From Squalus acanthias (Eukaryota): a DNA stretch of 64,000 nucleotides. Positions 50,820 to 62,587 of this stretch are shown here, one piece after another. The position numbers were made by a program, and so were the translations under genes. The number at the start of each line of letters is the position of its first letter. The stretch's first letter is position 1. The notes under the pieces are model-generated. The model worked only from the letters and a program-made list of their open reading frames with translations, did not search any database and was not told where the DNA came from. The stretch spans positions 107,448,001 to 107,512,000 of the forward strand of contig CM059431.1 in the NCBI GenBank assembly GCA_030390025.1. The letters run 5' to 3'.

Positions 50820-52625
50820 TTGGGTACTATTAGACGGTCCTGCGGCACCTATGGGGCTGGTAGCAACCGCCACCTTTCCATGTGCACTCAATAATTTGCG
50901 CATGGCTCCCAACACTACTTCGAGGTCGTCGGGAGGGGTGGGTGCACTAGCTTCCCTAGCAGGGACAGGCGTCTGGGCTCGGGCTGCGGGAATTTTATCC
51001 CTGGAATCCTTCCAAGGGTTCCTGCAGTTCTTGCGCCAGTGCCCTGTCTTCCCACACCCGTAACAAGCATTACTTGCCTGCGGGGCGTGATTACCCTCCT
51101 GATGCCACTCCCTTTGATACGGGGCTGCGGGTCGTACCTCATGTACTTTTCCCTTAAGGGGACGTGTTCCCATACCCCTTATGTTGCGATATCCTAACGT
51201 GAGTCGATTCAAGACCGACTCTTCCGTAATGTTGGGGTCATTGGGATCAAACCATGCTTTTGCCTGCTCTCTGACGGCTGGTAAACTGTTGGCTACTATG
51301 CACCTAAGCCAATGATTTAAACCGGTGCCGTCCATATCGTCGCGCTCTAGCGCACCTAGACAGCTGCGCTGATATACTGGCCACAGCCTGTCGGCAAAAA
51401 CCTTCGGGGGTTCTCCCTCCATCTGCACTGTCTGTCCCACTCTAGCAAACGGACCTTCATCGTCCGCCCCCAACACTTCCAGGACCTCATTCTTTAATGC
51501 CTCATAAGTCTTGGTTCCCCTCTTGCTCTCGCCCGAGAGACACTGAAGGATTGAACTGCCTAACGAAAACAACAGCATTTTTGCTGTTTCCCCATCATCG
51601 CAGCCGTTGATGGCTGCGGTTTGCTCAACTTCTCTGAAATGTACGGAAGGGTCGTCTAACTCGGTCAGCTTCCGTACATGATTTATCATAACTCTCAGCT
51701 GGTGTGAGCTGTGAGGCAACACAAGCTGGCCGAGGAGATCCCCTGGTTCCTCCCCACCGTTTCTGTTTGGGCCCCTTTTTATACCCGTTACTGGATACAA
51801 CGGTCCCTTTTCCACTTCTTTCTCAATGGGCTCTTTCGTTTCTTCCACTACTTCCTCCCTTACCCAGGTTTCCGAATAGCTGGGTGGCGCGGAGGGCGCA
51901 GTGGCTAATACTTCCTCTGCTTTACTTGGTGGGGACTTCTGAAACTCCTCTTTTACTAGCGGCTGGTGTGCTGACGGACTGATAAGGCACACCATGCCGT
52001 GCGCTTTGTTCACGGCCTTTTTGAGGTGCTCTATCTCTTTTTGGCAGGCGCTATGATCGGCTCCCTGAAACTTATCCTCAAGGGCCAACTTATATGCCGC
52101 CCTAACCCCCGTTAAGCTCTCTTCCTGAGTTCTTATCTGGGCAGCTTGGCGGGCACATCGTTCCTTTAATCTGCCCTCATTTAACTTTGCCTCAGTGACC
52201 TGGCACTCGAGGTAATCTATCCTTGTTTTATGGTGACTGGAGATTTCCTGGCGTTCTTGGTGCAGCGCACTTAAATTCCTAATGAGCAATTCCCCTCCAG
52301 AGACCTTCTCATCCATTTCTCCCTCTAAATGACTGATTCGAGCTGTTAGCGCTGTAATGACCTGGTTTGAAATCTGGACCTGCCTTTTGTAACACATTAG
52401 CCAGACAGCTTTCTCGAGTGTCTTTTTATGTTCTTTACTATCTGTCCACCTTTCGGCTGCCTCTAGTGGACTTTTATCCGCTAACAATTCACTTATCCAT
52501 TTCTTAGTTAGATTAACCTTTCCGAACACATAATCTGCTATCTTTTCCTGCATAACATTTCGTACAGTCACACCAAAGTCTAACACACTACCCTCTCGCT
52601 GCCAGTGTCCTGCCGCGGTCGCCAT
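50817..52625 (-). CDS. gag: Gag-like polyprotein (602 aa)
   Basis: First ORF after the 5' LTR. Long coiled coil, PSAPPSY, capsid-like Q..GE....F..RL motif, CCHC knuckle CYGCGKTGHWRKNC (51024-51065). Confidence 0.92.
   Translation of the reverse strand: MATAAGHWQREGSVLDFGVTVRNVMQEKIADYVFGKVNLTKKWISELLADKSPLEAAERWTDSKEHKKTLEKAVWLMCYKRQVQISNQVITALTARISHLEGEMDEKVSGGELLIRNLSALHQERQEISSHHKTRIDYLECQVTEAKLNEGRLKERCARQAAQIRTQEESLTGVRAAYKLALEDKFQGADHSACQKEIEHLKKAVNKAHGMVCLISPSAHQPLVKEEFQKSPPSKAEEVLATAPSAPPSYSETWVREEVVEETKEPIEKEVEKGPLYPVTGIKRGPNRNGGEEPGDLLGQLVLPHSSHQLRVMINHVRKLTELDDPSVHFREVEQTAAINGCDDGETAKMLLFSLGSSILQCLSGESKRGTKTYEALKNEVLEVLGADDEGPFARVGQTVQMEGEPPKVFADRLWPVYQRSCLGALERDDMDGTGLNHWLRCIVANSLPAVREQAKAWFDPNDPNITEESVLNRLTLGYRNIRGMGTRPLKGKVHEVRPAAPYQREWHQEGNHAPQASNACYGCGKTGHWRKNCRNPWKDSRDKIPAARAQTPVPAREASAPTPPDDLEVVLGAMRKLLSAHGKVAVATSPIGAAGPSNSTQ
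52607..52624 (-). promoter_or_regulatory. Primer binding site, tRNA-Arg(TCG) type
   Basis: TGGCGACCGCGGCAGGAC lies 5 nt after the 5' LTR and is complementary to the 3' 18 nt of vertebrate tRNA-Arg-TCG as I recall it (...GTCCTGCCGCGGTCG-CCA). Confidence 0.85.
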
Positions 52626-52629
52626 TTTC

Positions 52630-54314
52630 TGTAAGGGTTTGCGTGCGTGTCTCTCAGCCTGTGAGATTCGCGCGGCTCTGTGCAGCCTGTATGTCAGTGC
52701 GGGTTTAGGCCTTGTTGCCTGTTCTGGTCTCCAGCCAGTCTGGGAGCACTAGACACACCTGTGAGTGGTTCGAATCACTCGCCCTTACGGTTCTAGACAC
52801 TGGACTTAGATGCGAGAGCAGTAATGGAAATGAAACTCATGTAGACTCGGTTGAATGGTACGAAATGGAAAATCTTTATTGCATAATATTCAAGATTATG
52901 AAATACATGTCATAAGCACAGATTAATGACAGTACAATCTTACACGCAGTTATGTAACTAATTCTAGGGAAACGAGGAACGAACGACACACCGTAAATGG
53001 GGGCACACATTACAATTATCCTTAGTACTTGAACCCTCCCTTATCAATATCTGTCCTAGCTAGATTCGTAGGATTCGAGACTCATGCTCACCACTCGTGA
53101 TAACTCGGAGAAATTCCGAATAGCTGATCGGATGTTTTCACCGCAGCACCCACGTGTCGATCAGGGGGGTCTCCTGGCCCCACTTGTTTACTTGCTTCTG
53201 CTCCGGCTAGCAGGCTGGAACGTCTGTTGTTATGAAGATCTGTGTTGGTGGCTTTCACGTACCAGTCAACACTTAAGAGAATAATCTCTCGGTGTCCGTC
53301 ATGAGGATCTGCCCTGATGGGTTTCACAGATCAGTCAATATCTCAAAGAAGAATCTTCCGGGATCCGTTCTTTAAAGTTCAAAGAAGTCTTCCTGGCAAG
53401 GAGAAATGTCTATTCGACCTACAGGCGCGGTCGGGGCTTACTGACCGTGGCGATAAGTATGGTCTTCGTCTCTTCTCATCTCATCTCATCTCTTCTCGGG
53501 CCTTTGGTTCCGATGCCGGTTACCAACACAGGTCTTCGTGACACGACACGAGGTAGATCCGAACGGATCACAAAGTTCAACAGTCTTTTAAAAGAGACAC
53601 CAGGCAAACAGGAACAAGACGGCGAGTCAAGAACACAGGAGCAGCCACGAGGATGAACACCAGCAAGATAAGAGGATAAGAGAAAGATGGACGGTTTGGG
53701 GTTTGCAATTATAGTGCAAAATCTTCCGTTTCCCGCCCAACCTTAATGTCTTTTCTTTTGTTTGGGTTTGGCGCTCAAATGTCTTGTATAGGTGATCTCC
53801 GTTTTTAATGGGTTTCGGGGCTACTCGTAAATGTCTGAGTACCTGTTAATTTTTCTCCCATTGTTTAATCAGTCGGTGTCCTCCCTGGAGGGATTTTGGG
53901 GCCTCCAAGTGTTTTCTGTAACTACCCGCTAACGGCTCTCTCATCGTAGAGTCGTTGGGATTTTACATATTAATGTCTTTGGATGGGCCCTTGATAACTT
54001 GGTACAATAGCCTTTATTCGTACCCGGGAGACCGATTTCAGTATCTATGTGTATACTGCAAACCCATGATGTCTCGTGTATTATCTTCAATGTGCTGAAT
54101 CTTAATCGGTCTTGTACAAATGTTTATTGGAACGCCATCTTGTCTGCCTGTCGAAAAGTCCAGAATGTTCCGCCACGAGGTGCGGCAGCCATTTTACAAG
54201 CTGCCTGTGTCCACTTTGAAACCTGACAGCATTCTGCTGAAATAAAAGCTGTTTGAACGAAACTCTGTGTTTTTCTCCTTATTAATAAAATCGCAATATA
54301 TTGCGAATTCTACA
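52630..54314 (-). repeat. 5' LTR (1685 bp)
   Basis: Direct repeat of 44919-46603, followed on the minus strand by the PBS. Confidence 0.97.
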
Positions 54315-56668
54315 GACCTGCAATGCAGCAGCAATGATGACATCATCAGAGGCGACTTTCAGACTGAAACCACTAATTGGTTCATGGGTTCCCACATGCT
54401 GGAACTCAATTGCCCAATTAGGTGAAAATTGCATCAATCTCCCACATCAAATTGCAGTCGGGTGGATAACACGAAATGCGGTGACACGACCCCAACCCGC
54501 CCCAGTATCAAAATCCAGCCCTGTGTTTCAATAGCTTCTCCTATCAGCAGTTTTGTGAAGGAACATGACAGGGAAAAACAGGCTTTTTCAAGAACATGAT
54601 TTAAACAAATCCTTTCCATATTATAGTTTTGTTTCTATTAAAACAAGAGCAATGTAAAAACACATCGCTATTCTTACATAGAGCAGCACTTATCATAAAA
54701 TATCGATAAAGTAGAGAAAGACAAAGGAGACGATGTTAACTTTTATCGTCAAGCGAAAAATCTTAAAATTGCCCTCAAAGTGTGATGGATAGACAGGTTT
54801 GATGCTGAAGGTTTGAGGGGCCTAGCTATCAGACAATAAGTTTGATTTTGTATCCTTATATTAATTTCACTGGAAGGAAAGTTAGGGGCTGCTCACTCAC
54901 GCTTCTGCAAGATGCTCTCCCTGCCAGTGCCACTCCCTGTTGGCAGCATTGAAACATGGAACTTCTCCCCTTACTGCAATCATCGATTAGGCCAAAATGT
55001 TCACGCTGCTGGGCAGCTAACATTTAACATTCACCCTTATTTAATAATTAATCTTTAATGATAGAGGCGATGATGTCGGGCAAGCTGTTTTAACAGGATA
55101 AGTCAGCTAAAGTTCAGCCTGAATGTTATTTACTCTTATGTTCTTGTTATGCCAAGTGAAGTCATTAACATTAGGAACTTGAGAAACATCAACCATCAAT
55201 AACATTCAGCTTGTCACAACAAAACATTAAAGTTGATACTTGACAGAGACATTATGTTCAATCTGGATGATATCTATTTGTAATATTCCATTAAAAAATA
55301 TGTAATAATCAACAAGGGTCGAGGGGCTAGTTCTATTAACAACACTTATTACTGTAGAATTACCAGATATTTATTCATAAAGTAACCTCTTATACAAAAA
55401 TAAGAATATGTTAGAGCAGCGATAATTCCACGATCCTGCACTCCCAGCGGGAAGGCATCTTCCCAGCTGATGCGGATCAGAGATGTGGGAGTTACAGTAT
55501 TGGGTAGCCCCATCTCTGACCCATGATCCTTGTAAGCATAGCTTCTCACTGGCAGCGCTGGATCACAGAATTACCCTTAGTATTTCATTTTAACTCACCA
55601 TACCATGGAGTCGTAAAAGAAAGAACTTGTATTTATTATAGCGTCTCATCACACCCTCCGAGTGTCCCAAACAATAACAACAACAATTTGCATTTATATA
55701 GCGCCTAGTTAAGTGAAAGTAAAAGGCGCTTCACAGAAGCGTTATCAAACAAAATTTGACACTGAGACACATAAGGAGATATTAGGACAGATGTCAGTTT
55801 TAAGGATCATCTTAAAGGAGGAGAGAGAGGTAGAGAGGCGGTGAGGTTTAGGGAGGGAATTCCAGAGTTTAGGGCCTCGGCAGCTGAAGGCACGGCCGCC
55901 AATGGTGGAATGATGAAAATCAGGACTGCGCAAGAGGCCAGATCTCGGAGGAGCACAGAGATCTCGGAGGGTTGTAGGGTTGTAGAAGGTCACAGAGATA
56001 GGGAGAGGCGAGGCCATGGAGGGATTTGAAAACAAGGATAAGAATTTTAAAATCGAGCCGTTGCCAGACCGGGAGCCAATGTAAGTATGTTTTACAGAAG
56101 GTGAGTTTGTGCCCATGATTTTGAATAGTGTGATTCTGATCTCAAGCATATAGCCAACCATACATGTTGGAAACTGCCAAGGGAAGGCCTGGAAATTCCC
56201 TGCAGAAAAGTAATGAAATTGGAGTACGAGCCATCTTGAATCAGTCCAATTCACTTCCTAGTGGCTAGTTACAGAGCATCATTGATGGAACCCTTGGAAA
56301 CAAGCCTCCAACTCACCCTCGCAGCCACAGATGATGCATGGGGCTGGGAGATTCCAAAAAGGAAGGAGAACAATGGTTTTACTTTGAATATCAAAAATAT
56401 CTCCACCTTTGCATTAAAGAAAATATGAGTATTAGTACATTGGCTTTGAAGATGTGAAGCAAAATGACAATTATACCCCAGTTGGGCTATGATCAAAACA
56501 GGCCCACTCTTAAGTTTTCCAAAATTCATGTGGACAGACTGATTGTCTTATTAGCAATTAGTATTGCAATATTAGCAATTAGCATTATCATATTCATAAA
56601 AAGTTCCTTGTTCTCTTACTCATCTGAAATGGTCAGGAATTTCACACAAGTTGTTCAAGTGCTCATTA

Positions 56669-59077
56669 CAGGAAACTCTATGGTATCCGGCACCGATGGG
56701 ACCGGGGTGGTGCCGGTTGAATAAAAATTCCGGCTAACGGAGAGGGTTATCTACTGAGGCAATTTTTAACAAACAAAAATTAAAAATCAAGAAATGTGCA
56801 GTATACAGTAATTGGGTACTCACCTACAGAATGTTGTGTTAAATGGATGGTGGAAGATGCTTGATTAAGTACAGTACTGCCAGTTGAGGGTAATCCATAA
56901 CTCTTTAATTACTTAACAGTAAAACAAAAATTATAAATGACTGTATACAGTACTGTAGTTGACTGTACACCTATTCCAAGTCAACTGGTTCATCAGGAAT
57001 ATCCATGCCAGCTGGGTCATCAGGAACATGCACTTCTACAGATTCCACAGATTCTTCAGGCACTTCCGCTGCTTCGACTCTTTTGGAAGCTTTCTTAAAC
57101 ATGTTGCAGATGTCGGCTTGCTTAGTGGACTCTTGCCTTTTCTGTAGAAACGTGGAATGCAGAATATGGAGTTGCATAACTTCTTTGGCAGAGTAGCAAG
57201 GCTGCCTTTCAGCAAATTGGAGGATTGAAGAAAATCCTTCTGCAGCTTTAGCCCAAGAAATCTTGTTCTCTTCAGAAATCTCATCCTCTTCACTTTCCAT
57301 CTCACTTTCCTTTTCTTTCTTTGGATTCAAAACACTCTCAATTATTTCATCATCACTTAGCATATGCACAACAGCAACTTCTCTATCTGCATCAACGCAC
57401 TGCTCGATATCACTTTCACTGAGGTGACATAGAGGGTTTGCTGGGCCTACATTTTTCACCATGCCAGCCATTTCCATTATTGTACTCTTCTTGGGATGAA
57501 CATTGAACCCATGAAATTCCTCCTCTGAAGAAGAACCTTCAGCAAACATTACAGAAGGCCACAATTTGTGCCAGGCTTGCCTCAGAGTGTGACCTTTCAC
57601 CAAGTTCCAGGAACATGCAACATTATAGATGGCATCTTTAATACTGTATTCCTTCTGAAATGCGTGAATATTGTCATCTTGGTTTATCAGTTTACGTAGG
57701 AAGTCTTTCTTGTAATGACACTTCAGATTTTGGATAACACCCTGGTCCATGGGTTGTATGAGAGAAGTTACATTTGGTGGCAAATAAATGGTGAAAATAT
57801 TTCCCGAAACCAACTCAGATTCATGCGGATGGGCTCTACAATTATCAAGCAATAAAATGCATTTGCTATCTTCAGGTTTCCCTATTTTATGGAAATGTTC
57901 CCTCACAGATGGAACAAAAATATGATGGAACCAATAGGAGAAGATTTCCTTATCCATCCAAGAATTTTTTTGATCTTTGTACTCAACAGGTAAGTGTCTC
58001 ACATTTTTAAATGCACGGGGATTTTTATACTTCTCAATAACAAGAAGTTTAACCCGGTGTGATCCAACGGCGTTCGCATATGTTAGCACGGTTACATGAT
58101 CTTTATTTTTCTTGTAACCTGAAGCATTAGCCTCACTAGCCCCAGCAAGTGTTGATTCTGGCAAAAACCTCCAAAACAAGCCAGTTTCATCGGCATTATA
58201 TATCTGTGCTGGCGACAAATCATATTGCTGCACAATCCGATTGAAATAATCGCAGTATTCTTCTGCGGCGTCGTGATCAGCTGATTTCTTCTCCCCGGAA
58301 ATATCGAGTCGTCGTATCCCGTGCCGTAACTTGAAGCACGTTAGCCATCCCTCGGAGAAAGCACACTTGTCAGTGAGCTCCATCCTTTTGTAGAAATCCT
58401 TCGCTTTTTCGATTAGCATGGGTCCGGAAAGTGGAACACCCTCTGAACGCTTAAGAGAAAACCACTCATAAAGCACGGTATCCAGCTCTTCAAGCTTAGG
58501 CTTACGAAGCGTACGCCGTTTCTCTACACTTTTAGATGTCTCTGAGCTTGAATAAAACTTGAGCAGCTTATCCTTCTGTGATTTGATGTCGTAGATTGTT
58601 GACGAACCGATTTTGAATTCATTCATAATGTTGATACGCTTCTCTCCCCTTACTAGTCGTTGGCATATCTCGATTTTCTGTTTTAAAGTTAACACCACTC
58701 TCTTCCTTTTGCTTGGACCAGCTTTTGGGAATTCCATAATGCAAGAGGGGGGAGAGACACACAGAAAAATGGTGGCTCAGAAGAGACTACCAGCAGCACG
58801 GGAGACACACAGTAAAATGGCGGATCAGAAGAGACTACCGGCAGTGAGGGAGAATCAGACTCCTGTTATTGCAGTGGTCGGACTTCCCACAGCGCCGGGA
58901 AGCCGAGTAGTGGCACTTTGGAGAACTACCCCCACTGACTAACGCGGCGTTCGCGGGAGACTCAGACTCGGACTCGGCAACATTGCCGGTTATTGGGAAG
59001 GAGTTTTCGGAGTATGAATTTTGCCGGTTAATAGAGAATTCCGAATATTTAGGTGCCGTTTAAACGAGAGTTTGCTG
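56669..59077 (-). mobile_element. Full-length Tigger/pogo DNA transposon (2409 bp)
   Basis: TA on both flanks. TIRs CAGGAAACTCTATGGTATCCGGCACC / CAGCAAACTCTCGTTTAAACGGCACC (19 of 26 identical). Single transposase ORF. Confidence 0.92.
56971..58737 (-). CDS. Tigger-type transposase, DD32D (588 aa, open)
   Basis: [23 protein letters not shown]-type HTH ([15 protein letters not shown]), [18 protein letters not shown] with 32 residues between the last two Asp. Confidence 0.93.
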   Translation of the reverse strand: MEFPKAGPSKRKRVVLTLKQKIEICQRLVRGEKRINIMNEFKIGSSTIYDIKSQKDKLLKFYSSSETSKSVEKRRTLRKPKLEELDTVLYEWFSLKRSEGVPLSGPMLIEKAKDFYKRMELTDKCAFSEGWLTCFKLRHGIRRLDISGEKKSADHDAAEEYCDYFNRIVQQYDLSPAQIYNADETGLFWRFLPESTLAGASEANASGYKKNKDHVTVLTYANAVGSHRVKLLVIEKYKNPRAFKNVRHLPVEYKDQKNSWMDKEIFSYWFHHIFVPSVREHFHKIGKPEDSKCILLLDNCRAHPHESELVSGNIFTIYLPPNVTSLIQPMDQGVIQNLKCHYKKDFLRKLINQDDNIHAFQKEYSIKDAIYNVACSWNLVKGHTLRQAWHKLWPSVMFAEGSSSEEEFHGFNVHPKKSTIMEMAGMVKNVGPANPLCHLSESDIEQCVDADREVAVVHMLSDDEIIESVLNPKKEKESEMESEEDEISEENKISWAKAAEGFSSILQFAERQPCYSAKEVMQLHILHSTFLQKRQESTKQADICNMFKKASKRVEAAEVPEESVESVEVHVPDDPAGMDIPDEPVDLE

Positions 59078-59199
59078 TACTAACTTTGCAGACAATTTCA
59101 ACCCGCTAATATAACATTACCATGAATCAGTTTATTGAAGCAATGTTACATCTGCTGTGGTATATTTATAACACGCACTCAATGTTTTTTTTTTACCAT

Positions 59200-59948
59200 G
59201 GCCTGGATTTTGCAGTCAGCGCCGAAGGAACACCGCTTGCCATTCACTATGCTGACAGAGTTTTCGTGGGCGTTTGAGCGGCAACTTACTATCATCGGGC
59301 GTCTGATCCAGCTTGGCACCCTTTACAGTGTGTGAACAGGGAAAACAACAGCGTGACTGTTCAACCAAGCAGATTGAAGAATCCTCACTGAGGTGTAGAG
59401 TCTAAACCAGGAAGTATAAATTAGATTTAAATCATGTACAGAAAGCAAAATTGAAAGAGGTAAAGAAAGATGAGATTAAGAGAGATATAAAAGTGTCAGA
59501 AAGGAAATGTAAAAATATTAATTATTTTAATTTTTATTTATTTTAAAATCTCCAACACGAATTAAATTCTGAAGGAATGAGACTCCACACTTGTAAAATT
59601 ACATTTTCAGTGTTAGAGAGGATGTTTGGCAATAATTATGACACATCACATTGTTAAAAATTCACTTACACATGAATGCAACAGCCCAAACTTTTTCTGG
59701 CATGTTTAGTGGGTAACTAGTGGGTAAGTACTGCAACTTTACACACTTACATGGATTTCAATGCCGAGTCTATCGACAAGGTACTGTTGTAGCGCAGCCT
59801 GTGGAGGAGCAGGGTAACTCGGCAGCAACTTACGGATTTGCGCGTTTAACTGCGCATGTGCGGACTCCGGAAGTTGCTGTCCGATTTACTCCATAATAAC
59901 GGTGAGCGCTGATAGCCTCACCATTATTCTCAATGCAAAATCCGAGCC
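59200..59948. mobile_element. Harbinger-type MITE
   Basis: Termini ggcctggattttgca...tgcaaaatccgagcc, homologous to 40255-40977. Confidence 0.75.
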
Positions 59949-60373
59949 AGAGTCTTTTAGTCGCATGGTATTCAAGGCAATAATTTAAATGAACCAAAAG
60001 AAAGAGAAAAAAACTATGGGGGAAAAATTTGTTATCGACCATTTTGGGGCGCTAATATCGCCCGGGCGCAAAATTTAGCGCCCAGTGCAAATTATCACCG
60101 GCGACCGGGAAATTCATCTCCTGCGCCTCTGGAGGTGATTGGAGCGCTAAATCAAGCACTACATGCTTCTCTTAGGGCACTAACGTCGGGGAACGGGGTG
60201 CTACCTCAGAGTGCTACTCAAGCTCAGGTGCTGTCAATCACCTTGTACTCAGACAGACTGGCGCCTTCCAGTTCTTAAAGAGGAGGGTCCATCGTGCTGC
60301 ACAGCCTCACTCTGATCATTGCTGCGTTTGACCTGGGACTGCAAGGAGGTGCAAATCTTCAGCAATGATTATC

Positions 60374-62251
60374 ATGGCCGCTCAGACAGCTCACCGGTTT
60401 AGCGACCAGGTATTGGAGGCTCTGGTTGTGGCTGTGGAACGGCGACGGGCAGTGCTGTTTCCAGACACCGGCAGGAGGCCAATGCCCCGGGAATTCACAA
60501 GGATGTGGAGGGAGGTGGCCCATTACATATCGTTCAGAAGCCTGTACCAAAGGACTCACACCCAGTGCTGCAAAAAGTTCAACGACGTCACTCGGGTGGT
60601 CAGGGTGAGTAGATCCTTGAAATACTTCTACATCCCAACATCTCAACCTCACTCTGAGCACAGACGGTATAAAGTGCCAAATCCCCAACACTCACCCAAC
60701 AACTATGCCAATCTACATCTCACACCTTGCAGACATTAATGGCTATTCAACTATGGTAGGCACATCTGCCAAACACATGGCTGCACAATCACTCACATGC
60801 TGTCCTTTTTCTTGCAGGCCAAGCTTTCTCATAACTGGAGGGAGCAACAACGCATGGGAGGAGGACGGGCTGAGCTGCACCCCCCCCACCCCCCACAGCT
60901 GGAGGAGCGAGTTCACAGCCTAATTGTGAGCCATGTCGTGGGCGCTGTCGCAGTTGGAGAGGTCGACCCCCTTGGGGACAGCAACGGTATGTTCATCATC
61001 TCTCTCTCCTCTCTCATACCACTTCCCCCTCACAACATGAGCCTTTCCCACTTTCCATCTAACTATACTGTCTCCATTCCTTGCTCCCTTCCTGCCCCCC
61101 CCCCCCGCCCTCACGTTAAAGCCACTCTTGTGCCTTCCTGCTTTCAGATAGTGAACCACCAGCTGACCAGCCTGTCCCTCAGCCTCCCAGTGGCAGCAAC
61201 GCGGGAGAGGAGGAGGAACACCAAGCTGGAGCCTCACTGCCTGCGTCTCCCAAGGGTGACACATCGGATACTGGGGCCACGCGGTCACTGGAGGGGAGCA
61301 GAGGAATTGGCTCTGATGTGGGTGAAGCTCCGGGACCCAACCGGCTGCAGCAACGCCACGGGAAAAGGGAAACTCGGGGGCCATTTCCCCGGAGGGTGAG
61401 TGTGCGAACAAGCTCTGCTGCACAGGACTTGGATGAGGACCTCGATATCGCGGCGATGACCACACAGGCGATGAGCATGCATACTGAGCTCATAGGTGCA
61501 ATGGCAAGGGTGCCCGAGAGCATGGATGCACTGGCTAGGAGCATGGAGGAGTCCGCCACGAGCACAGCTGTCATCTGTGCGCAAACCCTCTAACCTATCC
61601 TTGCCTCGTTGCAGAGGATGGTTGACTTGCAGAGAGACCGTGGGGACCCAGACTGCATGCCGCGTGTAATGGGTGAGGTGGCAGCATCTATTGCAGCACA
61701 GGCCGACGCAATGCAACGGCTTAGTACTGAAATCGAGTCATTGGTTGGTTCCATCCAATCTCAGACTGCTCTCATGCAGTCTCAGATTGATGCCACGCAA
61801 GCACTGACTGCTGCCATCGTCGCTGGGTCACCCACTGTCCACCGGGGATCTCATGATGCTGCAGCAGGCCAGCAATCTGTTCTCAAGCAGATTGCTCCAA
61901 ATGCTGAGGTTCTGCCCCGGGGGAGTGGCAGTGTGTTGGTCGAGCAGGAAGGTGCTGTCACCTCTCAGGATGACAGCATTCCTGCTCCCACCACTGCCAC
62001 TCCACCATTGCACTTGCCACAGCCGGTAACCCAGCTAGCCCAGACTGCAGCCGCCCATGCAGAGTTGGTGTAGTCTGCAGCCGGGCCCTCCAGGCCCAGA
62101 GCTGGTCGAGGGCGTCCTGCAGAGCCATCTGCAGTCTCTGGATCCAGCATTCAGCAGCCTTCCGCCAGCCTTGCTGCAGCCACTGGGGCCACATTACGGA
62201 GGAGCAGTAGGGTGGGAAGGAGGGATATGTGGAGGGGAGGGAGATCATTGA
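60374..62251 (+). pseudogene. Harbinger Myb/SANT-like gene, 3 exons (60374-60604, 60818-60986, 61148-~62251), two premature stops (61591, 62071)
   Basis: AHRFSDQVLEALV...MWREVA...RTHTQCCKKFNDV. GT-AG introns of phase 0 and 1, as in 15179-17118. Confidence 0.8.
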
Positions 62252-62587
62252 AGAAGGCCGAATAACTAAAATTTTTCAAACATTTGGAGGGAATGTTTGT
62301 AGCAAATTTGGAAGTGTATGTAAATATATTGTTCACTCTGTTAAGACTTATTTCGATGTGCTAAGTACCAGTTTTGTTTGATAATGAATTGTTGTGTTTG
62401 TTTGTTATTGGTTGTGCTTAATAAGACACAGTTGTTATGAAAAATAATTTTTTTTATTGAAACGTTACAAATTTCCTCATGTTACTCATTGGAACTTTGT
62501 CCGGTAATATGGACTGCGGGATGGCTGTAATGATGTGCTTGTTGATCCCAAAAGCCATCTTCTCTGTCATTCATCAGAAGCGCTGTC

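Larger units (their letters stand above)
44919..54314 (-). mobile_element. Full-length LTR retroelement / endogenous retrovirus-like element with gag, readthrough ORF and env, but no pol
   Basis: Two 1685-bp TG...CA LTRs, GACC TSD (44915-44918 and 54315-54318), PBS, PPT, three open ORFs, no PR/RT/RNase H/IN motifs. Confidence 0.95.
44345..54521. mobile_element. Harbinger-type MITE (~780 bp) split by the LTR element (pieces 44345-44918 and 54315-54521)
   Basis: TIR GGGCTGGATTTT at 44345 and AAAATCCAGCCC ending 54521, TGT duplicated on both sides. Confidence 0.85.

Noticed and set aside
56971..58737. Host TIGD/JRKL gene
   Set aside because: Still flanked by TIRs and TA duplications. No evidence of domestication from the sequence alone.
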